The notes: a model not told the origin generated them from the letters alone. A DNA stretch of 64,000 bases from an uncultured bacterium (GCA_963786935.1 CAWBAN010000001.1:1056001-1120000); one strand, 5' to 3'; shown: positions 10,444 to 21,201, counted from the first letter of the stretch. A program made the numbers and translations.

Positions 10444-11118
10444 TCAGTACGGCACCAGCAGGCTCACCCCGATGCCCGCCCTGGAAGCCCCCGCCTCGAC
10501 CTTGAACCGCATGTCGTCGAGCTTCGCGTCGACGTACGCGTCGATCACGATCCCGAGGACCACCGCCCCCGACCACCACATCCAGTCGACGGAACGCTCG
10601 TAGTACTCCGTCACCCAGCCGTCGTGATACTTCCATTCGTTCGAGGTCTTCGGATAGGTTTCGCGAATGGCTTTTTCCCGCTCGCAGTAACGGATGTTCA
10701 GCATGATCTGGCTCAGATAGAACGATTCGAGCCCCATCGCGAGCGCCGCTTTGAAGGGCTTTTCGTTGTACATCTGCCCGAGCCCGGGGACGAGGAGCGC
10801 GCACAGCATCGCGACCCGCCCGTTCTTGCGCTCGCGGTACTCTTCTCCCGCCGCGCTCCCCCCCGTCTCCGCGGCTATCACGCCCTTGAGCTCATCCATG
10901 TTCCAGAGGGCCGTTTCGCGCGGCGCGGCGCTCGTATCCGGCCTCGCCGCGCCGGCCGTGTCGCGGGGGGTTACTCCGGCCGTGTCGCGGGGGGCCACGC
11001 CAATCGTGTCCGTCGCGGCCGCCGACGCCGCGGAAAGCGGCGCGACGAGACAAGCCATCGCGCACATGGCCGCGAGCAGCGCGGATCGCGAATCGGTTCG
11101 CCGGTTACGAGCGGCCAT
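10444..11118 (-). CDS. Exported/membrane protein, DUF5683-like
   Basis: Signal peptide, 8-aa repeats, 'ALLVPGLGQMYN' and 'VIDAYVDAKL' motifs. Confidence 0.65.
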   Translation of the reverse strand: MAARNRRTDSRSALLAAMCAMACLVAPLSAASAAATDTIGVAPRDTAGVTPRDTAGAARPDTSAAPRETALWNMDELKGVIAAETGGSAAGEEYRERKNGRVAMLCALLVPGLGQMYNEKPFKAALAMGLESFYLSQIMLNIRYCEREKAIRETYPKTSNEWKYHDGWVTEYYERSVDWMWWSGAVVLGIVIDAYVDAKLDDMRFKVEAGASRAGIGVSLLVPY

Positions 11119-11152
11119 GCGAATGTTCCCTTTCGCCGCGACGGATAGAAAT

Positions 11153-11250
11153 TGGCGGGAACGTGTGGGAATCGAACCCACCCCGGATGGTTTTAGCACC
11201 CGGCAGAAGGATTTGAAGTCCTCGAGGTCCACCAGAACCCATCCGCTCCC
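11153..11250 (-). tRNA. selC: tRNA-Sec (UCA)
   Basis: 98 nt; anticodon loop CTTCAAA, 6-bp D stem with 4-nt loop, long variable arm, T loop TTCGATT, G discriminator and CCA. Confidence 0.95.
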
Positions 11251-11259
11251 GCTCGATCA

Positions 11260-11288
11260 ATGATAAGAGGTCCGGGAAATCGTGTAAA
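11260..11288 (-). promoter_or_regulatory. Putative selC promoter
   Basis: TTTACA-N17-TATCAT ending about 10 nt upstream of the tRNA. Confidence 0.55.
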
Positions 11289-11293
11289 GGCGT

Positions 11294-11677
11294 TCATGCG
11301 CCCAGATGCGCGATCGCTTCTATCTCGACGAGGGCGCCGAGCGGCAGCTTCGCCACCTGATACGCGGCCCGCGCCGGCGGCTCGGCGGCGAAGAAACGCG
11401 CGTACACCTCGTTGAGGCGGGAGAAATCGTCCATCGACTGCAGCAGCACGGTCGTCTTGACGACGTTTTCCATCGTGCCGCCGGCCGCTTCGAGAATGGC
11501 GGCGATGTTCCGGAGCGCACGCTCCGCCTGCGCCGCGATCCCTCCCTCGACCAGCTGCTTCGTCGCGGGATCGATCCCGAGCTGCCCCGAAACGAAGAGA
11601 AATTCCCCCGCGCGAACGGCCTGGCTGTACGGCCCGATCGCGGCGGGCGCCGCGCCCGTATGCACCGGTTGTTTCAT
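11294..11677 (-). CDS. ridA: RidA family enamine/imine deaminase
   Basis: 'APAAIGPYSQA', 'SGQ', 'PPAR', 'LPLGALVEIEAIA'. Confidence 0.93.
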   Translation of the reverse strand: MKQPVHTGAAPAAIGPYSQAVRAGEFLFVSGQLGIDPATKQLVEGGIAAQAERALRNIAAILEAAGGTMENVVKTTVLLQSMDDFSRLNEVYARFFAAEPPARAAYQVAKLPLGALVEIEAIAHLGA

Positions 11678-11722
11678 CGCGCCTCCTGTGCGAGCCGCGA
11701 CCGCGCCGCGGCGTATCGGATC

Positions 11723-13554
11723 CTACTCGACCGTGACGCTCTTCGCGAGGTTTCGCGGCTGGTCGACGTTGCAGCCCCGGAGCACGGCGATGTGGTACGC
11801 GAGCAGCTGCAGCGGGATAACCGCGAGTATCGGATAGAGGAAATCGAGCGTCCGCGGGATATAGATGACGTGATCCGCCATCTCGACGACCTCGTCGTTC
11901 CCCTCGTTCGTGATCGCGATGATCTTCCCCTTCCGCGCCTTCACCTCGGCGATGTTTCCGACGATCTTCTGGTACGCGTTGTCGCGCGGGCAGATGAAAA
12001 CGACCGGCATGCTCTCGTCGATGAGCGCGATCGGCCCGTGCTTCATCTCGGCGGCGGGATATCCCTCCGCGTGGAGGTAGGAAATCTCCTTGAGCTTCAG
12101 CGCGCCCTCGAGGGCGACCGGGTAGTTCGCGCCGCGCCCGAGGTAGAGAAAGTTGTTGTGGTGAAAATACTCCTCGGCGATCTTCCGGATGGCGTCGTCG
12201 ATCGTGAGGATCTCCGCGACCTGGTCGGGCACCTGCATGAGCGCGCGGATGACTTCTGCCCCTCGGACGACGAGATCGTCCTGAGCCGCCCGAACACGAG
12301 GGCGAGGAGCGACAGGACGGTGATCTGCGAGGTGAACGCCTTCGTCGAGGCGACGCCGATCTCCGGGCCCGCGTGGATGTAAACGCCCGCGTGCGATTCG
12401 CGCGCGATCGTGCTGCCGACGACGTTGCAGATTCCCATGCAGCGCGCCCCGCGCTTCTCGGCCTCCCGCAGCGCGGCGAGCGTGTCCGCCGTCTCCCCCG
12501 ACTGGCTGATCGCGAACACGACCGTCCCCTCCTCGATGACGGGGTTGCGGTAGCGGAATTCGCTCGCGTATTCGACCTCGACGGGAATGCGCGTCTTCTC
12601 CTCGATCATGTACTCGCCGATGAGGCCGGCGTGCCAGCTCGTCCCGCAGCCGATGAGGAGGATCCGTTTCACGCTGCGCAGCTCCTCCTCGGTCATGTCG
12701 AGCCCGCCGAGGCGCACGTCGCCGGTCGCCGGAATGAGGCGCCCGCGCATCGCGTTCCTGATCGTCTCCGGCTGCTCGAAGATCTCCTTGAGCATGAAAT
12801 GGGCATGGCCGCCCTTTTCGATCATGTCGAGGTCCCAATCGACCTCCTGCACGTCGTGGTTGACGTACTCGTTCTCGATCGTCATCGTGGTGAACTGATC
12901 GCGGGTGGCGACGATCATCTCGTGGTCCTCGAGGTAGATGACCTGGCGCGTGTGCTTGAGAATCGCCGCGACGTCGCTCGCGACGATGTACTCGTCCTCG
13001 CCGATCCCCATGACGATGGGCGAACCGTTGCGGGCGGCGACCATTTTCTCCGGCTCCGTCGCCGATACGACGAGGATGCCGTACGTTCCTTCGACCTTCT
13101 CGAGCGCCTTCCGGACCGCGGCCTCGAGATTGCTCCCCGTGTAGTACTTCTCGATGAGATGGACGAGCGTCTCGGTGTCGGTCTCGGTCGTGAAGACGTG
13201 ATTCTCCGCCTGCAGGGATTTCTTGAGCGTCTGGTAGTTCTCGATGATCCCGTTGTGGATGAGCGCGATCCGCTTGCCGCAGTCGAAGTGGGGATGCGCG
13301 TTCGTCCGGTTCGGCTCCCCGTGCGTCGCCCACCTCGTGTGAGCGATGCCGATGTGACCGCTCATATCGAGGCCCTTGAGCTTGTCCTCGAGCTGCTGGA
13401 TCTTCCCCGCCGTCTTCTCCCAGACGAGGGCGCCGTCGCGGACGATCGCGATGCCCGCCGAATCGTATCCCCGGTACTCGAGCCGCTTGAGGCCCTCGAT
13501 CAGGATCGCCCCGACGTTATTGCTCTTGCCGATATATCCGATGATTCCGCACAT
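11723..13554 (-). CDS. glmS: Glutamine-fructose-6-phosphate aminotransferase (one frameshift near 12256)
   Basis: N-terminal 'MCGI', 'HTRWATHG', 'SQSGET'; C-terminal 'PRNLAKSVTVE' lies in the adjacent frame. Confidence 0.95.
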
Positions 13555-13620
13555 TCGAGCACCTCTTCATGGAAAAGCCCCGCGCGCTCCGCGGCGCCGG
13601 CCCGCCCGCCGGGCCGCCGT

Positions 13621-14964
13621 TCACAGAACGGCTCCCGCTTCCTTCGCGAGGCTCCGCGCCTCTTCGATCGTGCGCGCCTCGGCGATGATCCGGACGACCG
13701 GCTCGGTATTCGACGGGCGCAGGTGAACCCATCCGTTCTCCATATCAATTCTTATACCATCTATGGCCGTCACGCGCCCCGAGAAACGCTTCGTGAGCGC
13801 TTTTTCGACGAGCGAGAAATCGCCCTTCAACGCAACCTTTTCTTTGACAATGAAATAGCGCGGGAGCGCCGCGACTTTGCGCGAGAGGGGCACCCCATCC
13901 TCGGCGAGCGACTCGAGCACGAGCGCCGCGCCGACCATGGCGTCCCGCCCGGAGTGGAGCTTCGGATACATGACTCCCCCGTTCCCCTCGCCGCCGATCG
14001 CCGCGTGCGTCTCCTTCATGAGCGCCGCGACGTGCGCCTCTCCGACCTTCGATCGATAAACGGCCGCGCCGCGCGCCGCGCCGATGTCGTCGATGACGCG
14101 GCTCGTGGAGAGGTTGGCGACGAGCGCGCCCTTCTCTTCCCTGAGCACGAAATCGGCGGCCAGCGCGAGCGTGAGCTCCTCGCTGAGCACGAATCCCGTT
14201 TCGTCGACGAGGACGAGCCGGTCCCCGTCCGGATCGCAGGCGAATCCGATGTCCGCCCGCTCGCGCACGACCGCTTTCGAGAGCTCTCCGAGATGCTCGG
14301 GCTTCGGCTCCGGATTGTGGGGAAACGGCGCTTCGATGTCGGTGAAGAGCTCGACGACGTCGAGGCCGAGGCCCCGCAGGAGCGACGGCAGAATGCGGCT
14401 TCCCGCGCCGTTGACGCAGTCGACGACGGCCTTGAACCGGCGCGCCGCGATGCGCGCCGGATCGACGCGCTCGAGCTTCAGGATCAGATCGACGTGGACC
14501 GCGTCGGCGCCGGTGTTCGAGACCGCCGTTCCGAAGCGGGACGCCCCGTCGAACAGGGGCTCCGCGCCGAGCGCGCGATCGGTGATGCGGGCCATCGCCT
14601 CGGCGGAGAGAAACTCCCCGCGCCCGTCGAGGAACTTGAGGGCGTTCCATTCCGGACCGTTATGGCTCGCCGTGACGACGATGCCGCCCGCCGCCCCGAG
14701 CTGCCCGACCATGATCTCGACGGTGGGCGTGGACGCCACGCCGAGATCGACGACCGAGAGTCCCTTGAACCGCAGCGCCGTCGCGGCGGCCGCGGCGATG
14801 AGCGGCCCCGAGGCCCTCGTGTCGCGGCCGATGACGACGCGATCGCCCGAGAGCATCGACGCGTACGCGGCGCAGAATCGCGCGGCGATTTCGGGATTCA
14901 TTCCGCTCCCGACGATTCCGCGGACGCCTGAAACGCTCGCCATCAGATCTGTGCGCTTCGACAC
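13621..14964 (-). CDS. glmM: Phosphoglucosamine mutase / phosphohexomutase
   Basis: 'TASHN', 'DPDGDR', 'GGEGNGG', 'RPSNTEP'; upstream of glmS; SD before the GTG at 14964. Confidence 0.88.
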   Translation of the reverse strand: MSKRTDLMASVSGVRGIVGSGMNPEIAARFCAAYASMLSGDRVVIGRDTRASGPLIAAAAATALRFKGLSVVDLGVASTPTVEIMVGQLGAAGGIVVTASHNGPEWNALKFLDGRGEFLSAEAMARITDRALGAEPLFDGASRFGTAVSNTGADAVHVDLILKLERVDPARIAARRFKAVVDCVNGAGSRILPSLLRGLGLDVVELFTDIEAPFPHNPEPKPEHLGELSKAVVRERADIGFACDPDGDRLVLVDETGFVLSEELTLALAADFVLREEKGALVANLSTSRVIDDIGAARGAAVYRSKVGEAHVAALMKETHAAIGGEGNGGVMYPKLHSGRDAMVGAALVLESLAEDGVPLSRKVAALPRYFIVKEKVALKGDFSLVEKALTKRFSGRVTAIDGIRIDMENGWVHLRPSNTEPVVRIIAEARTIEEARSLAKEAGAVL

Positions 14965-15017
14965 GGTGTCCCTCCCATGCGAACCGGCCGGATTATACGC
15001 CATCGCGGGGGCGGGAT

Positions 15018-15054
15018 AAAATGAAAATGTCCGGCCGCCGCCGGCGACCGGACA
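15018..15054 (-). terminator. Intrinsic terminator after the por gamma gene
   Basis: TGTCCGG..CGCC/GGCG..CCGGACA hairpin followed by TTTTCATTTT. Confidence 0.65.
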
Positions 15055-15081
15055 ACACGCACCGAGCGTTCCGCCGAGCGC

Positions 15082-15627
15082 TCATTCCCGCACTTCGTCG
15101 AACGCCCGCTTGAAGGATTTCAGATTTCTCGCCGCGATCCGCCCGAAACGGTGGTTCAGCGGCTCCTCGATCGACTCCGGCTTTATGACGCCGGTCATCT
15201 TGACCATGGCGCCGAGCATCGTCGTGTTCGTGATCGCCCGGCCGAGCTCCTCGACGGCGATCTTCGTGGCGTCGACCGTCGCGACGCGGAATCCCTCGTA
15301 CCCGAACTCCTTTTTCAGCTCCGCCGGGCTCTTGGCCGTGTTGACCACGAGCACGCCCCCCTTCTTGATGCCCTTGTGGGGGTTCGCGATCTTGAGAAGG
15401 CTCGGATCGAGAACGATGACGACGTCGGGCTCGCCGACGGCGAACCGCGTCCTGATCGGCTTGTCGTCGACGCGCGAGAAAGCGACGACCGGCGCGCCGC
15501 GGCGCTCGGGGCCGAAGCTCGGGAAGCTCTGCGCATATCGTCCCTCGCTGATGGCGGCGACCGCGAGAAGCTCCGCGCTCGTCACCGCGCCCTGGCCGCC
15601 CCGCCCGTGGAATCTGATCTCCAGCAT
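15082..15627 (-). CDS. Pyruvate/2-oxoacid:ferredoxin oxidoreductase gamma subunit
   Basis: 'EIRFHGRGGQG', 'FGPERRGAPV'. Confidence 0.92.
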   Translation of the reverse strand: MLEIRFHGRGGQGAVTSAELLAVAAISEGRYAQSFPSFGPERRGAPVVAFSRVDDKPIRTRFAVGEPDVVIVLDPSLLKIANPHKGIKKGGVLVVNTAKSPAELKKEFGYEGFRVATVDATKIAVEELGRAITNTTMLGAMVKMTGVIKPESIEEPLNHRFGRIAARNLKSFKRAFDEVRE

Positions 15628-15634
15628 GTTCGTC

Positions 15635-16360
15635 CTACTTCTTCGTCGAACGGCAATCGATGCACGTGTCGAAATGATCGGCCGGAAGCTTCGCGATCTT
15701 CCGGAAATACTCGAGCTGCTTCACCGGCGCGAAGTACTTCCCGCACTTCGAGCACTTCGCCATCGGAAATTCGGTCTTCCAGATCGTGCGGACACCGTCG
15801 TGTTCGTCCATCGCGATCACGCCGACGGGGCACACGTAGTGGCACGAGCCGCACGCGATGCAATCGGCCGGCGCCTCGTTGAACGGCGTGGCGATCTTCC
15901 GCGCCGGCCCCCGCGATTCGAAGCCGATCGCGGAGACGCCCACGACCTCGCGGCACACGCGCACGCACTGCCCGCACATGATGCATCCCTTGAAGTCGAC
16001 CGCGAAGCGTGATTTCTCGATCCCGAGCCGCGCGGCCATCTCCCTGAGAACGGGGTGTTTCGGGTTCCGCGCCAGCAGCAGGTGCATCACGAGCGTGCGG
16101 ACGTTCCGCACGCGCTCGGTGTCGGTCTTGACTTCGAGCCCCTCGGAAACCTCCGCGATGCACGAGACGACGAGCTTCGTCCGCTTCTTGTGCGTCGTCT
16201 CGACCATGCACATGCGGCAGGCGCCGTACGGCGCGAGCTCCTCGTTGTGGCAGAGGTTCGGGATGAGGATGTTGGCGCTCTTCGCCGCCTCGAGAACCGT
16301 CGTCCCCGCCGGCGCCGTGAGCGATCTTCCGTCTATCGTGAATGTGACCGTCTCAGCCAT
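15635..16360 (-). CDS. HydA/NuoG N-terminal-like Fe-S subunit (2Fe-2S + 2x4Fe-4S, no catalytic domain)
   Basis: 'IPNLC...GACRMC...SC', '[11 protein letters not shown]', '[12 protein letters not shown]', C-terminal 'CSKC...CIDC'. Confidence 0.85.
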   Translation of the reverse strand: MAETVTFTIDGRSLTAPAGTTVLEAAKSANILIPNLCHNEELAPYGACRMCMVETTHKKRTKLVVSCIAEVSEGLEVKTDTERVRNVRTLVMHLLLARNPKHPVLREMAARLGIEKSRFAVDFKGCIMCGQCVRVCREVVGVSAIGFESRGPARKIATPFNEAPADCIACGSCHYVCPVGVIAMDEHDGVRTIWKTEFPMAKCSKCGKYFAPVKQLEYFRKIAKLPADHFDTCIDCRSTKK

Positions 16361-18227
16361 TACTTCACCTGTATCGCATCGAACTTGCAGGCGTCGTAGC
16401 AGGCGCCGCACTTGATGCACGTTTCCCGGTCGATCGTATGGACCTTCTTCTTCTCCCCGGCCGCCGCTTTGGTCGGGCAAACACGGGCGCAGGCATGGCA
16501 GCCGGTGCATTTTTCGGCCGTCGACCGAATAGGTGATAAGCGGCTTGCAGACGCCCGCCGGGCATTTTTTGTCGCGGATATGGGCCACGTACTCGTCGCG
16601 GAAATATTTGATCGTGGTGAGCACCGGGTTGGGGGCCGAGCCGCCGAGCGCGCACAGGGAGCCGTCGATGATGGCCTGCGCCCATCCACTCGAGCGTTTC
16701 GATGTCGCTCTCCTCGCCGTTCCCCTCGGTGATCCGGTCGAGGATGATCCGCATCTGCAGGACCCCTTCGCGGCAGGGCGTGCACTTGCCGCAGGACTCC
16801 TCCTCGAGGAACTTGAGGAAGTACTTGGCGACGTCGACCATGCAGTTGCGGTCGTCCATGACGATCATGCCGCCCGATCCCATCATGGAGCCGATCTTGG
16901 TAAGCTCGTCGAAATCAACAGGCATGTCGAGAAGCTGTCTCGGGGATGCAGCCGCCCGAGGGCCCGCCGGTCTGCACGGCCTTGAATTTCCGTCCCTTGG
17001 GGATGCCGCCGCCGATATCGATAGACGATCTCCCGCAGCGTGATGCCCATGGGCACTTCCACCAGGCCCGTATTGTTGATCTTGCCGACGAGCGAGAAGA
17101 TTTTCGTGCCCTTGCTGTTCGCGGTGCCGATCGCTCGCGTACCAGTCGGCGCCGCGGTTGATGATGAGCGGCACATTGCCCCAGGTCTCGACATTGTTCA
17201 GGATCGTGGGCTTGTTGTAGAGGCCCTGGTCCGTGGCATGCACGTACTTTGCCCGGGGCTCGCCGGCGCGGCCCTCGATGGAGGCAAACAGCGCCGACGA
17301 TTCGCCGCAGACGAACGCGCCGCCGCCGCGGTTGATCTTGATGTCGAAGCTGAATCCGGAGCCCAGAATGTTCTCGCCGAGAAGCCCGTGCCTCGCGCGC
17401 CTTTTCAATCGCGAGGGTGACATTGGTGACGGCCAGCGGATATTCATTGCGCACGTAGATATAGCCCTGTGCTCGAGCCGATGGCATAGGCGCCGATGAT
17501 CATGCCTTCGAGCACCACGTGCGGATTGCCCTCAAGAAGGCTCCGGTCCATGTACGCGCCGGGATCGCCCTCGTCGGCATTGCAGATGACGTACTTGGGC
17601 TCGCCCTTGGCCTTGCGGGTGGAATCCCATTTCCAGCCCGTCGGGAAGCCGCCGCCGCCGCGGCCGCGCAGATTGGCCTTGATGACCTCCTGAATGACCG
17701 CCTCGGGCTTCATGCCGGACGAGCGCTTTGGCCAGGGCCGCAGTAGCCGCCGATGGCGAGATAGTCCTCGATGCTCTGTCGGGTCGATCTGGCCGTTCAT
17801 GCCGAACACATAGCGCGTCTGGCTTCTTGTAGAACGGCACGTCGTGCTCATAGACGAATCTTCTCCTTCGTCACGGGGTCGAGATAGACCAGCCGGTCGA
17901 TGATCTCGTCGCCTGAGCACGGTCTTCGCGATGATATCGGGCGCGTCGTCGATCTTCATGCGCTGATAGAAGATCTTCTGCGGGTGAATGACGACCATGG
18001 GGCCGCGCTCGCAGAAACCGTGACAGCCGCTGGTGCGCAGCTGCACTCTTCCCTGCAGCTTCTGCTTCTCGATCTCCTGCCGGAAGTTGTCGATGAGCTT
18101 CTGCGTGCCGTAGGCAAGGCAGCCCGTGCCCGCGCAGATGGTGATGCAGGGTTTGTTCGGGTCGCGGCCCTTGCGGAGCGTTTCCTGCAGCTGGGCGCAG
18201 CTCATCGGGTGATTTAAGCTTCTTCAT
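16360..18227 (-). CDS. HydB/NuoF-like NADH/FMN subunit, broken by more than 10 frameshifts in this sequence
   Basis: Fragments across frames: 'CAGTGC', '[10 protein letters not shown]', '[10 protein letters not shown]', '[13 protein letters not shown]', 'TGGPSGG', '[10 protein letters not shown]', '[12 protein letters not shown]', 2x4Fe-4S. Confidence 0.85.
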
Positions 18228-18234
18228 CAGCGTC

Positions 18235-18699
18235 TCAACCTTCCCGCCGAAGATCTCGCAGGACTTGCTTGGTTTTTGCGATGGTCAGCTGGCCGTGATA
18301 TTCGCCGTCAACGACCAGAATGGGGCCCAGCGCGCAGGCGCCGAGGCAGTTGACCGTCTCAAAGGTGAACTCGAGATCCTGCGATGTTTCTCCGGCCTTG
18401 ATGCCCAGCGTCCGCTCGACATGGCTCGGCGATAAGGGGCGCGCCGCGCACATGGCAGGCCGTGCCCAGGCACAGGCTCAGCCGATATTTGCCCCGCGGC
18501 GTGAGGCTGAAGGCCTTGTAGAAGGTCGCCAGACCTCGATAGATGCGGCTGATGGGAAGCTCCAGAATGGCGCACAGCGTGTCGAGGGCCTCTCTCGGGC
18601 AGGTAGTTGAACTCGCTCTGCACGTCCTGCAGAATGGGGATGAGGAAGCTCTTGTCCGCTTCCGTATCTTGCGATGATCGCCTTGACTTTGTCTTCCAT
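18235..18699 (-). CDS. HydC/NuoE-like 2Fe-2S subunit (several frameshifts)
   Basis: 'LIPILQDVQ', 'ATFYKAF', 'CLGTACHVRG', 'NCLGACALGP' spread over frames. Confidence 0.85.
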
Positions 18700-18708
18700 C
18701 GCCGCGTC

Positions 18709-19636
18709 CTATAGCATCGAGGTTCTTTCGCCTTGAGCTTTTCGTATTCCTTCTTCACGCGCGCTTGAATCTCGCCGATCAGCTCGGGCGTCAGATGCCG
18801 GAACCGCCCCTGCGGCTTGAGATATTCCTCGACGGGCCGGAGCTCCGGAACTTCGACGGTCATCTTGTATCGCCCATTCTCGCACTCGTAGAGCGGGAAT
18901 ACGCCGGTCTCCACGGCGAGCCGGCCGATCCATATCGCCTGGTCCGGCGGGATGCGCCATCCGGTCGGGCAGACGGAGAGGATATGGACATAGGCGGGGC
19001 CGTCCATCCGCGCGGCCTTCTCGACTTTCTCCATCAGGTCGAATGGATAGCTCGAGCAGGCCGTGGCCACATAGGGAATGTTGTGCGCCACGGCGATCTC
19101 GGCCATGTTCTTCTTCCAGGTGAACTGGCCCGCCTTGGCCTTTCCCGCGGGGGACGTGGTGGTCGAGGCGCCGAACGGCGTAGCCGACGAGCGCTGGATG
19201 CCGGTGTTCATGTACGCTTCATTGTCGTAGCAGACATAGATGAAATTGTGTCCGCGCTCGAAGGCGCCGGAAAGGGCCTGCAGCCCGATGTCGCTCGTGG
19301 CGCCGTCGCCGCCCATGCCGAGAAAGATCGTGCCCTTGTCGGGGAGCTTCCCTTTGCGGACCAGCGCCTTCGTGGCCGCCTCCGCGCCGGTGATGACCGC
19401 GGCGGCGTTCTCGAAGGCCACGTGAATCCAGGGAACCTTCCAGTTCGTGAACGGCAACGGCGAGGAGATGATCTCCATGCAGCCGGTGGCGCTCGCCACG
19501 ACGACGTTCGATCCGAGCGCCTTCGCGACGAGCCTCACGGCGAGCGCCTCGGCGCAGCCCTGGCAGGCGCGATGGCCCGGCGCGAAATATTCCCGCTTCG
19601 TTACAGCCTGGAGGCGAAGACGTTGAGCGATTCCAT
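18709..19636 (-). CDS. 2-oxoacid:ferredoxin oxidoreductase beta (TPP) subunit (frameshifts near 19604 and 18722)
   Basis: 'PGHRACQGC', 'ATGC', 'GGDG...YDNEAYMNTGIQ', 'CPTGW'. Confidence 0.9.
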
Positions 19637-20821
19637 TATTCCCTCACTCCGTACATGATGTAGTCTTCTTCCCTGATGGGCTTCCCGCTCTTGAGGAGCT
19701 CTCCGGTTGCGGCGTACATTTTCAGAAAATCGTCCGGCGTCACGTCGCGGCCGGCGAATCCGCACAGGAAGTTCGTGACGACCGGCATGGTGGTCATCGC
19801 TGTACAGCGCCGCGCGGATCTCGCTCGCCACCGGACCGCCGGGCCCGCCGAACGAGATCGCGCGGTCGAGGACGATGAGATTCTTGACTCCCTTGACGGC
19901 TTCGCGTAACTCTTCGAACGGGAACGGCCGCCACAGGCGGAGCTTGATCTGGCCGACGGGCGTGCCCTGCTCGCGGAGCTGGTCGATCGCGACGGAAGCG
20001 GTCTCGCTCAAGCTGCCCATGGTGAGGAACGCCGTCTCGGCGCCTTCGAGCCGGTACGTTTCGACCGGCTCGTATTTCCGCCCGACGATCCGCGCCATTT
20101 CCTCCCACGCCTTCATGATGTGCGGCTTGGACGCGAGCAGCGCCTCGTTCTGGGTCTTCTTCGCCTCGGTGTAGATCCCCGGCATGCCGAACGCGCCCAT
20201 GGTGACCGGATGATCCGGATGCAGCACGTTCACCGGCTTGAAATCCGGGAGGTACTTCTTCACCTGTTCCTCGTCCCAGTACTCGACCGGCTCGATCATG
20301 TGGGTCACGATGAAGCCGTCGATGTTGACCATCACGGGGAGGGACACGTTCCGGTCTTCGGCGACGCGGAACGCGAAGAACACGTGGTCGAAAAGCTCCT
20401 GGCCGTTTTCGGCGAACACCTGGATCCATCCGCAGTCGCGGACCGACATGACGTCGGTGTGGTCGTTCCAGATGCTGAGCGGGCCGGAGAGGGAGCGGTT
20501 CGCGAGAATCATGACGATCGGGAGCCGCATGCACGCCGCGATGAACACGATCTCGTTCATGAGGGCGAGCCCCTGCGAGCTCGTGCAGGTGAAGGTGCGG
20601 GCGCCGGCCGCGCTCGAGCCGCAGCAGACGCTCATCGCCGAATGCTCCGATTCGACGGGGATGAACTCGGCGTCCAGCTCGCCGTCGGCGACGAGCTCGG
20701 CGAGGTGCTCCACGATATGGGTCTGCGGGGTGATGGGGTACGCGGCGACCACGTCGACGTTTGCCATCTTGATGGCGTCGGCGGCGGCGATGGAGTTCTC
20801 GATGCCGATGCGTTTGCCCAT
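19636..20821 (-). CDS. 2-oxoacid:ferredoxin oxidoreductase alpha subunit (frameshift near 19790)
   Basis: 'AYPITPQT', 'ESEHSA', 'TSSQG'; C-terminal 'GFAGRDV...YGVRE' in the adjacent frame. Confidence 0.92.
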
Positions 20822-21114
20822 CACTCGCTCTCCTCGACCATTTTGATGCAGCCGGTGATGCACTCCTGCACGCAGATGCCGCAACCCTTGCAGTAGTAGA
20901 GGTCGGCCTCGAAATAGCCCTGCTCGTTCTTGTGGATCGCGGCGTCGGGGCAGTAGATGTAGCACACGCCGCACTTGATGCATTTCTCGTGGTCCCACAC
21001 GGGGCGGATGGACCGCCAGTCGCCGCATTTGTACTGCGACGCGTTCCCCGGATCGTTCACGACACAACCCGGCTCGATATCCTTCCAGGTGAGATCTAAT
21101 TCGGACTTCGGCAC
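20821..21114 (-). CDS. 2-oxoacid:ferredoxin oxidoreductase delta subunit (2x4Fe-4S)
   Basis: 'GDWRSIRP', 'CIKCGVCYIYCP', 'YCKGCGICVQEC'. Confidence 0.9.
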   Translation of the reverse strand: MPKSELDLTWKDIEPGCVVNDPGNASQYKCGDWRSIRPVWDHEKCIKCGVCYIYCPDAAIHKNEQGYFEADLYYCKGCGICVQECITGCIKMVEESE

Positions 21115-21201
21115 GCCGCGCCCCTCGTGATTTGAAAACAAAAAAGCCCGAGGTCTTGTTTGCTCCCCGCTCGGGGGAGAATGCGGAAATAAATTACCGG
21201 G

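Noticed and set aside
13555..13620. glmS ribozyme upstream of glmS
   Set aside because: The spacer is only 66 bp of GC-rich sequence, too short and without a recognisable ribozyme core.
16360..18699. Calling the first nuoE/nuoF-like genes true pseudogenes or programmed frameshift genes
   Set aside because: All cofactor motifs are intact and the defects are indels without slippery-site patterns, so an artefact is more likely. Reads are needed to settle it.
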